64,000 nucleotides of DNA from Botryllus schlosseri (taxonomy: Eukaryota): NCBI GenBank assembly GCA_051294905.1, contig CM119371.1, forward strand, positions 5,272,001 to 5,336,000, read 5' to 3'. The notes under the pieces are model-generated. The model searched no databases and was not told the DNA's origin. It saw only the letters and a program-made list of their open reading frames with translations. Shown piece by piece: positions 37,127-47,620 of this stretch (position 1 is its first letter; each line of letters begins with the position of its first letter). The translations under genes were made by a program, and so were the position numbers.

Positions 37127-39901
37127 TTGCTTGACAATGTGGACTTTATTATGGGCCCTTGAGTCATGGTGCGAAATGACTTCGTAGTCGGTGCACCAAT
37201 TTTCCCTTATTCAACCAACCAACCAAGACCGCTGAAAACAGTACATTTCAACATTAAGTAGCAGTAAATTTCTAGTAAAGTACAAGACGTGATGATTTCC
37301 GAGTGAGCTAAAAAGTAAGTATTGCAGGTATAGTTTACCTGAAAACCGAATACTCTGAAATAGAAGTAGATGCAGTGTAAATAGTTGATCACTTGATTAA
37401 GTTTAGTGCAAGCAGATAAAACCTATACTTGAGTAGTACAAAATGCACGAGTACTTCGCTATCGCCTCCCTCCACGTAATAAGTGTCTACGGTTTAAGAC
37501 TGCTTTTACCGATACTCGTCCGTTTCAGTTTTAGATAGAATTCGGAAACCAAATAATTTTCATAAACATAAGCTAATTTAATGAATTTACTCGAATGCAC
37601 TATGCTGCGCTGATAAGATTAATTATAATATAATTATCATGTTACAGCGATTTTTCTAGCGTAGAAAATCTTTAAAATGTAGTAAGCAGGCCAAATGAAG
37701 ATATTCGTTGAGCTGAATAAACATAAAAATACTCTAGACTACTTTATCGGTACTTTACAGTTACAGTTTTAGATAAAATTTGTCCCTTTCACCTATAATT
37801 ACAACTCCTCGCTATCTAAACATGTTTAGAATATATTATTTGCGATGATACGAACCCGTGAAGTACTCAAGTTGCTTTTCGTAGGATATAGATGAAACTG
37901 ACAACACTCACCAAGACCAGTGATCCACTGAAAAAAGTACATTGTAGCAGTAAAGTCCTACTAAAGTACAAGAAGTAATGATTTCCCAGTTAGTTAAAAA
38001 GTAAGTATTGAGGTATAGTTTGGTCGAAAAAGCGAAAAACTCTGAAATAGAAGTAGATGCAGTGTAAATAGGTAATCACTTCATTAAGTATAGCGCAAGC
38101 AGGCCAAACCCATACTTAAGTACTGCAAATGTACAAGTACTTCGCTATGTTCTCCCTCCACGTAAAAAGTGACTAGGTTTTAGAGTACTTTATCGGTACT
38201 CGACAGTTTCAGTGTTAGATAAAATTTGGTAAGACTTTAAATTTTAAAGTAGTTTGAGCTTACGTTTGTATCACCTTGACAAGTAACATTATCAGACATG
38301 AAAATGATACTATCACCGAATATAGAAGTTAACACGCGTCAATGTGCTTCGGAATGCACGAGAAATTGCTTACTAAGAGAAGTATATTGTTGTATACACA
38401 ATAGTGGAGAGAATATTTAAAATGTAGTAAGCAGGCCGATGGGTATTCGTTTAGTTGTATAGGCATAAAAAACATTCCCGCGCGCGCGTCTTAGTATTAG
38501 GTGGTAGGGTTAGGAAGTGCTTTGTTTAAGAGCGCGCGGGAATGTTTTTCATGTCTATACAACTAAACGAATACCCATCGGCCTGCTTACTACATTTTAA
38601 ATATTCTCTCCACTATTGTGTATACAACAATATACTTCTCTTAGTAAGCAATTTCTCGTGCATTCCGAAGCACATTGACGCGTGTTAACTTCTATATTCG
38701 GTGATAGTATCATTTTCATGTCTGATAATGTTACTTGTCAAGGTGATACAAACGTAAGCTCAATCTACTTTAAAATTTAAAGTCTTACCAAATTTTATCT
38801 AACACTGAAACTGTCGAGTACCGATAAAGTACTCTAAAACCTAGTCACTTTTTACGTGGAGGGAGAACATAGCGAAGTACTTGTACATTTGCAGTACTTA
38901 AGTATAGGTTTGGCCTGCTTGCGCTATACTTAATGAAGTGATTACCTATTTACACTGCATCTACTTCTATTTCAGAGTTTTTCGCTTTTTCGACCAAACT
39001 ATACCTCAATACTTACTTTTTAACTAACTGGGAAATCATTACTTCTTGTACTTTAGTAGGACTTTACTGCTACAATGTACTTTTTTCAGTGGATCACTGG
39101 TCTTGGTGAGTGTTGTCAGTTTCATCTATATCCTACGAAAAGCAACTTGAGTACTTCACGGGTTCGTATCATCGCAAATAATATATTCTAAACATGTTTA
39201 GATAGCGAGGAGTTGTAATTATAGGTGAAAGGGACAAATTTTATCTAAAACTATAACTGTAAAGTACCGATAAAGTAGTCTAGAGTATTTTTATGTTTAT
39301 TCAGCTCAACGAATATCTTCATTTGGCCTGCTTACTACATTTTAAAGATTTTCTACGCTAGAAAAATCGCTGTAACATGATAATTATATTATAATTAATC
39401 TTATCAGCGCAGCATAGTGCATTCGAGTAAATTCATTAAATTAGCTTATGTTTATGAAAATTATTTGGTTTCCGAATTCTATCTAAAACTGAAACGGACG
39501 AGTATCGGTAAAAGCAGTCTTAAACCGTAGACACTTATTACGTGGAGGGAGGCGATAGCGAAGTACTCGTGCATTTTGTACTACTCAAGTATAGGTTTTA
39601 TCTGCTTGCACTAAACTTAATCAAGTGATCAACTATTTACACTGCATCTACTTCTATTTCAGAGTATTCGGTTTTCAGGTAAACTATACCTGCAATACTT
39701 ACTTTTTAGCTCACTCGGAAATCATCACGTCTTGTACTTTACTAGAAATTTACTGCTACTAAATGTTGAAATATACTGTTTTCAGCGGTCTTGATGAGTG
39801 GTGCTAGTTTCATCTATATCCTACGACGCATTTTCTCGAGTGGGATGTTATAGGAAGCAAGACGAAACATTGTAAAAGTGTTGAAACTTAATTACATATG
39901 T

Positions 39902-42692
39902 AATTCCATCACTAAAGTTGATCACGCATAGGTACGTGCTGCGCTCCCGCAAACAGATTCACGCGAGGTTGGTATAGAACTGCGTTAGTTTTAAAGGTGT
40001 TCCATCATGAAATGTGTGATGAAATTTGATGTGTTCCATTGTCATACTGCCCTACACCTGTGAACCAATCTTCAAGTTGCGCATTCAATGTTTAGCTCGG
40101 TAATTCCGTTATGAAAGTTGAGTATGCATATAGGTACGTGCTACGCACTCGCAAAAGTCGGTATGGAACTGCGTTAGTTTTAAAGTTGTTCAATCAAGAA
40201 ATGCGTAACAAAATTTGACATGGTGCATTGTCATAATGTCTTACAACTGCGTACCGAGTTTCAAGGTGGGGAGTCGATTATTAACATGCTAAATCCGTTA
40301 TTAAAGTTGACTATGTATAGGTACGTGCTACGCTACGGAAAAACAGATTTAGCCAAAAGTCTGTATAGAACTGCGTTGGTTTTAAAGGTGTTACATCATG
40401 AAATGTCTGACGAAATTTGGAATGGTGCATTGTTATTATGTCCTACAACCGCGTATCAACGTTCAAGGTGAGAATTTAATGTTTAGCATGCTAATTCTGT
40501 TATTAAAATTGACTATGTATGGGTATATGCTATGTTCACGAAAAACAGATATGCGTAAAAGTTGGTATTCGACTGCGATAGTTTCAAAGGTGTTCCATCA
40601 TTAGATGTGTGATGAAATTTAGCATGGTGAATTGCCATAATGTCCTATAACTACGTATCAAGTTTCGAGTTGGGATTCAATGTTAAGCATGGTAATTCCG
40701 TTATTAAATTTGGTTATGTATGGGTAGGCTACGTGCTATACGCTCCCGCAAAACAGATGTACGCAAAAAGTCGATGTAGAGCCGCGTTAGTTTTAAAGTT
40801 GTTCCATCATGAAATGTGTGATGGGATTTGGTATGGTGCATTTTATAATCTCCTATAACCGCGTACCAACTTTCAAGGTGGGAATTCAATGTTTAACATG
40901 GTAATTCTGCTATTAAAATTGACTATGTATAGGTATATGCTATGTTCACGCAAAACAGATATGCGTAAAAGTCGGTATTCGACTGCGTTAGTTTTAAAGG
41001 TGTTCCATTATTAGATGTGTGATGAAATTTAGCATGGTGCATTGCCATAATGTCCTACAACTACGTATCAAGTTTCGAGTTGGGATTCAATGTTAAGCAT
41101 GGTAATTCCGTTGTTAAAGTTGACTATGTATAGGTACGTGCTATACGCCACCACGCAAAACAGATGAACGCAAAAAGTCGATGTAGAACCGCGTTAGTTT
41201 TAAAGTTGTTCCATTATGAAATGCGTGAAGAAATTTGGTATGCGGCATAATCACAATGTCCTACAACTACGTACCAAGTTTCAAGGTGAGGAGTCACATA
41301 TTAGCATGATAATTCTGTTATTAAATCTGACTATGTATATGTACACGCTACCGAAAACAGATTTAGGCAAAAGTTGCTATAGAACTGCGTTAGTTTTAAA
41401 GTTGTTCCATCATGAAATGTGTGATGAAATTTGGTATGCAGCATAATCACAATGCCCTGGAGCTCATTTAGATACGTTTTTTAATTTAGTTCTACATTCT
41501 AGTTGTTTTGATGTAAGGAAAAATCATTCGATAACTCGATACAGCTACTTTAACACGCGTTGATGTAACTTTCCTCATTTGTATGCATGCATAGCCTACG
41601 CGAAATTGGTTACCGAATTTTTCGATTAGTTTATATTCCGTATTTTATTTAAACCAAGTCGATTATTAACATGCTAAATCCGTTATTAAAGTTTACTATG
41701 TATAGGTACGTGCTACGCTACGGAAAAACAGATTTAGCCAAAAGTCTGTATAGAACTGCGTTGGTTTTAAAGGTATTACATCATGAAATGTCTGACGAAA
41801 TTTGGTATGGTGCATTGTTATTATGTCCTATAACCGCGTATCAACGTTCAAGGTGAGAATTTAATGTTTAGCATGCTAATTCTGTTATTAAAATTGACTA
41901 TGTATGGGTATATGCTATGTTCACGAAAAACAGATATGCGTAAAAGTTGGTATTCGACTGCGATAGTTTCAAAGGTGTTCCATCATTAGATGTGTGATGA
42001 AATTTAGCATGGTGAATTGCCATAATGTCCTATAACTACGTATCAAGTTTCGAGTTGGGATTCAATGTTAAGCATGGTAATTCCGTTATTAAAGTTGGCT
42101 ATGTATGGGTAGGCTACGTGCTATACGCTCCCGCAAAACAGATGTACGCAAAAAGTCGATGTAGAGCCGCGTTAGTTTTAAAGTTGTTCCATCATGAAAT
42201 GTGTGATGGGATTTGGTATGGTGCATTGTTATAATCTCCTATAACCGCGTACCAACTTTCAAGGTGGGAATTCAATGTTTAACATGGTAATTCTGCTATT
42301 AAAATTGACTATGTATAGGTATATGCTATGTTCACGCAAAACAGATACGCGTAAAAGTCGGTATTCGACTGCGTTAGTTTTAAAGGTGTTCCATCATTAG
42401 ATGTGTGATGAAATTTAGCATGGTGCATTGCCATAATGTTCTACAACTACGTATCAAGTTTCGAGTTGGGATTCAATGTTAAGCATGGTAATTCCGTTGT
42501 TAAAGTTGACTATGTATAGGTACGTGCTATACGCCCCCACGCAAAACAGATGTACGCAAAAAGTCGATGTAGAACCGCGTTAGTTTTAAAGTTGTTCCAT
42601 TATGAAATGCGTGAGGAAATTTGGTATGCTGCATAATCACAATTCCTACAACTACGTACCAAGTTTCAAGGTGAGGAGTCACATATTAGCAT
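39902..42692. repeat. Mirror copy of the ~200-209-bp tandem array in the right arm
   Basis: Reverse complement of 29660-32450. Confidence 0.9.
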
Positions 42693-45600
42693 GAGCCGTC
42701 GAGTTCGTACATGATAAAATTCCTGGTCAAGGAATATGCTTCGGATATAATTTCATCTTTTTCTTCAGTGATCGAAGGTGCTGATACTCGTGATAATTCC
42801 ATGGTTTGAGGAGAATAGCGAGTCAAAGCTTATTTCGAGATCTAAGCTACTTTGAAAATGAGGATCCTAGGATTTGCTTGATTTTCATCTATATCGTACA
42901 ATGCGTTTTCGCGTTCCAGAATGACTTATGTCAATGAAAAATAGCAAAAATGGTCTCTCAAGCATTGATCATGGTTTTGTTTTTAAAAGATGCCGCGATG
43001 TCGGTATAATATTTTCTAAATCAAATTACCCTCGAAGTGAACCACCATGTTGGATATCATCGAAACGATTTCTCATGTTGCGTTCCGGGATAAAATGTAG
43101 TTTTTCGCTCTATTTTATTTTTTAATAAAATTAGTATTCATTTTACAAAAAACGTCGTGTAAAGGTAAGTACTTGTACATTTCGTAGTGCTCAAGTATAA
43201 GTTTTTTGCGTAAAGTCTGTGTTGCATTTAGTTGTCAGCTCTGAAAGCAAGAAAAGTTTATGGTATTTGCGCAACATCAAAATTTGTACACTTCACGCTT
43301 ATCTTATGTCGAAAACATAAGTTAGTTAACAATATTTCGAATCGTGGGTATAAATAATTTTTAAAAAAGCCAAATATGCCGCATCCAAACTTCGTAAATT
43401 TTTTAGATTAGTTTTTTCGTTTCTATATGCTTTAAAAGACTCATTCAGACCTCGAACCTACGTGAACACTTGTTCATTTGAACTTAAGTCCAACGCCGAA
43501 AGCTCTACTTTACAAAATTTTCGGAGTACCGACTTTTTTGGGTAAATTCTGTGATGCGCTTAATTACTAACTATGAAAGCAAGCAGTGTTTGGGGTATTT
43601 GATCAACATGGAAATTCGTCCACTTTGCTTTTAGGTTATGCTGAAAACATGAGTTACTTAACAACATTTCGACTCATAAGTGTGGATAATTTAAAGTACA
43701 TAGTATTAAAGTCATTAATGCATCGATCGCATACCGAAAAACAGATTTACGCAAAAGTCTGTAGAGAACTGCGTTAGTTTTAAAGGTGTTACATCATGAA
43801 ATGTCTGACGAAGTTTGGTATGGTGTATTTTCATAATGTCCTACGACTGCGTACCAAGTTTCAGGCTGGGGATTTGATTATTAGCATGGTAATTCCGTTA
43901 TTAAAATTGACTATGTTTAGGTATACGCTATGTTCATGCAAAACAGATATGCGTAAAAGTCGGTATTCGACTGCGTTAGTTTTGAAGGTGCTCCATCATT
44001 AGATGTGTGATGAAATTTCTTTAAATCAGGGCTATCTCAATGCTGTTGAGTAAATTTACGGCTTCAGAACGCGCAAATTGTCGCTTGCGTGAGCTGGACT
44101 AACTTTTTACGTAGTTCGAAATCGCTACTTTTATACATTAATTCAAAGTATTTGTCAGTCATCGCAGCACCGCTCATATTGCGCACCATCTATTTATTTC
44201 ACGGATAACAAATATACTCCTGCTTTTATCAGAGGATACTTTCCTAGGGTTTGCCTACTAACAGTAACTTAGTTTATATTAATGAAAAATATAGTGATTG
44301 AAAATCGATCACTGGATTATAGTTTACAGAAAACTCCACAATTCTATGTGACACCCTTGCATGCCAAAAACCTTCGAACTATTCGCCACCTCATAAACAC
44401 TTGAGTAGGCCTACATTTGATGCGCCTGGGGAAAACCTAGGTAAATTTTCATATGCATTTAGTTTCCAGCTCTGAAAGCAAGCTTGGTCTATGATCAATA
44501 GCAACTTTTGCGTAAACTCCGTTCTATTTCACTTCATACCTACACAATGTCGATAGTCTATTCGAATAATTCGATGAATAATTGAACTTTCCTCTGCATG
44601 ATCATTAGGGCTTCTATTTTTTGTTGCAGGGCAACTTTGTTGTAGCCGAAAGCGGTATTATCTAGCAACAAGGTTTAAATGACTCGCCTCCGGCAATTAT
44701 TGACCGTATTACCCGTATTCTCGTCATGCAAAAATTATGCATGTATTAGTATGAAGCTCGGATGCAGCAAAGTGTCTGAGACTGCCTGTAAAATGGTGCG
44801 AAGCAGCGACTCTAATTTCCCGGCTTATAGCAAACAACGGGCTTCATAATTGTGCGGGGGGGATCCCATTGTTGAATTTGAATTGATCAGCGTGTCGCTG
44901 TACATGATGCACTATATCGAAAGCATTATTGCTGGTTGAATATTGTCGAATGGTTGTCTATAATGTTAGTTGCATACAAGAATCTCGGAGATCTAAGCTC
45001 AAGATTTACGTACTCATGCTTGATTTGTTTCCATAGCCTCAACCTTGGGAATCGCTTGTATGCGTCCAAAGAAAATAAGTCGTGAAATGTGGAAACTGTA
45101 GAAACCGTTAGGAATCGCGTACCTGCCGCGAAAAGTTTGTTTAATTGTAACGCCGAGAATTGTGCGCCTACGGCTAGTCCGTTGGCGTTTAGCGCTGATT
45201 AAATTATCCTTATACTCGACATGCAAAGTAAATTTGCAGGTATTGGAATGAATTCAGTTGTAGTGTGCTTTCATATTAGGTCATGAAATGCGGAGACCTC
45301 GGCAATCGAAACCGCGATCTGTCTGCGCTCAAAATCGCATTTTATATGAATTAATTAATTAGTGATGATGTGTAGAATTTTGATATATCATCATAGAACC
45401 CCGCGCCTAGTTCAACGTTGATGAGTGTTATCTGTGAATATCTGGCAAATATAGTATTCTATTGACATCATAGTTTTCGAAATTTATGTGTAATCTGAAT
45501 GTTATGTATATCCAAAAAAGTAACTTATTATATTAATATTTTCAAGTCGCAGCGCTTAAAATCGCATTTTATATTAATTAATTAGTGATGATACATTTCA

Positions 45601-45817
45601 AGTTATTCAATACATATTGCTAAATATACATGGAAAACCGGTATTGAAATTCACAAAACAATGAGTGGCAATGGGTGTGCTATAGGTGCGGCAATGGGTG
45701 GATGATGTGGCAAGGGGTGTCTTATAGGTACGGCAATGGGCGTCATATAGGCGTGGCAATTAGGGCGACGTGGCGAAATTTGATTGGCCTGCAACAAAAG
45801 TAGATCCCCTTACTACT

Positions 45818-45982
45818 CAGGCGTCCGCTTCGAAACTGTGTTCATTCTTGCCGAGAACTTCCGGGTCATTAATAGTCGGGGCTGCCGCAAAGAGTATTCG
45901 TTGTGTGGCTGTCGCAGACGACCTTGGTAGCTTGACCAAAATCTTCAAACTTCACCTCATTATTGTTTGGGAAGTCTGTCAG
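45818..45982 (-). pseudogene. PLK1-like: PLK1-like kinase exon (subdomains VII-IX), 5' part, frameshifted
   Basis: NNEVKFEDFGQATKVVCDSHTTNTLCGSPDY(*/fs)PEVLGKNEHSFEADA vs PLK1 [47 protein letters not shown]. Confidence 0.85.
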
Positions 45983-46329
45983 CTGTCAATCAAAATTTCA
46001 CATTCAAGTTACATAAGTACATAAAGTTGTACAAACTACCCATCCAGTTGAATGATGGCGAACTACAGTAACTGCTGCTTTTTTTGAGTAGTTCTAGTTC
46101 AAGTTGTGCATTTCAATAAAAAGGTAGTTGCCGAACAACTAGAAAATGCGTGTCATCTTGATGATGGTGTTCTGTTGTGTGATGATCTTGCAGACATTGG
46201 TAACTCAGAGTCATCACTACCAAAAGACAGTGATATAAGCAGTGGTGGCTTTTGGGGTGGGCGAGGTGGGCGGTCGCCCAGGGCCCCCCCTGGTTGATTT
46301 ACGCGCTTTCGAGGGGCCCCCCTCCTCGG

Positions 46330-47620
46330 TTTACGCGCTTTTTTCTGACTATTTCTCCGGTTTACGCGCTTTTTTCCAACTATTACCATTTTCTAAATAA
46401 CCGTGGAAATCCTTGTATCCATGAAGAATACGGTACAGTACCGTAAAAAGGGGTCAATCATAATTCTCATTTTTTTAGTTATCATTTTTCGAAAAACCGT
46501 GAAAATCCATGCACCCATGTAGAATATGGTCACGTAAACATCAAATGTCTGCGCGCGTTAAAAGAGCTTACTTGATTTCATGAGGGAAGGCCCTCTTACA
46601 TTTATGCGATTTTTGGTTCTCATTTTGCGAATAATCGTGAAAATACATGCAGGCCTACCTATGTAGAATATGATAGGCCAACCGTAAACAGTGGTCGATC
46701 ATTAAATTTCTGCACCGGTTAAAAGAGCTTACTTTTATTTTATGAGGGAAGGCCCTCCTACATTTACGCAATTTATAGTTATCATTTTACGAATAACCGT
46801 GGAAAGACATGTAGGCCTACCCATGTAGAATATGGTACCGTAAACAGTTGTCGATCATCAAATTTCTGTGCGCGGTAAATGAGCTTACATTGATTTTACA
46901 AGGGTGGTCTCCTACATTTACGCGATTTTTGGTTATCATTTTTTGAAAATAGCTGAAAATACATGCAGGCCTAACCATATAAAATATGGTACCGTAAACA
47001 GTTGTCGATCATTAAATTTCCGCACGCGTTGTGCATGCGAGCTTACTTCGATTTATGAGGGGGGCCCCTCCTACATTTACGTATTTTTGGTTATCATTTT
47101 GCGAATAACCGTGAAAATATATGTGCCCATGTAGAATATGGTACCGTAAACAGTTGTCGATCATTAAATCCTGCACGCATTGTACGAGCTTACTTAGATT
47201 TCATGAGGAGGGGCCCTCCTACATTTACAAAATTTTTGGTTATCATTTTGCGAATGACCGTGAAAATATATGTACATGTACTGTACACCTGTAGAATATG
47301 ATACCGTAAACAGTTGTTGATCATTAAATCCTGCCCGCGTTGTACGAGATTACTTCGATTTACGCAATTTTTGGTTATCATTTTGCAAATAACTGAAAAT
47401 ACATGCAGCCATGCAGGCCTACCCATGTAGAAAATGTTACTGTAAACAGTTGTCGATAATTAAATTTCTGCACATGTTATAAGAGCTTACTTATATTTTA
47501 TGAGGGGGGCCCTGCTACATTTATGGAATTTATAGTTATCGTTTTGCGAATAACCGTGAAAACATATGTAGGCTACCCATGTAAAATATGGTACCGTAAA
47601 CGGTTGTCGATCATCAAATT
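46330..47620. repeat. ~150-bp degenerate tandem repeat (about 8 units) inside the hAT element
   Basis: TATGGTACCGTAAACAGTTGTCGATCAT recurs at ~46831, ~46985, ~47137 and in more diverged form on either side. Confidence 0.85.

Larger units (their letters stand above)
32624..37223 (+). mobile_element. 5'-truncated non-LTR retrotransposon of the I group (I/Nimb-like)
   Basis: Partial ORF1, intact ORF2, short 3' UTR and a (CAAC)n tail. It is flanked by a 65-bp duplication (32559-32623, 37224-37288) and is absent from the mirror site at 39729-39793. Confidence 0.93.
26533..45817. mobile_element. Giant palindromic, non-coding element with Polinton/Maverick-type ends (non-autonomous)
   Basis: Termini AGTAGTAAGGGGATCTAC... 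/ ...GTAGATCCCCTTACTACT and an exact 6-bp TSD CAGGCG (26527-26532, 45818-45823). The left arm 26533-38493 (minus the LINE) is the reverse complement of the right arm 38527-45817; mirrored ORF pairs share the coordinate sum 72352. The structure is certain; the Polinton assignment rests on termini and TSD only. Confidence 0.85.

Noticed and set aside
27126..45226. Mirrored 60-85-aa ORFs in both arms (e.g. MKCLTKFGMV.., MSYNYVSSFE..)
   Set aside because: They are by-products of the tandem repeat and the palindrome. Frames are not conserved between units and they have no recognisable domains.
26533..45817. Palindrome as an assembly or chimeric-read artefact
   Set aside because: The exact TSD, the rejoinable host exon, the arm-specific LINE and the scattered arm substitutions are not expected from a foldback read. 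Read-level confirmation is still advisable.
26532..45818. Alternative boundary with GAGTAG termini and a 4-bp TSD AGGC
   Set aside because: Formally possible because the TSD edge bases G/C are complementary. The AG...CT termini with the longer exact 6-bp CAGGCG duplication fit a known end chemistry and are preferred; other copies would decide.
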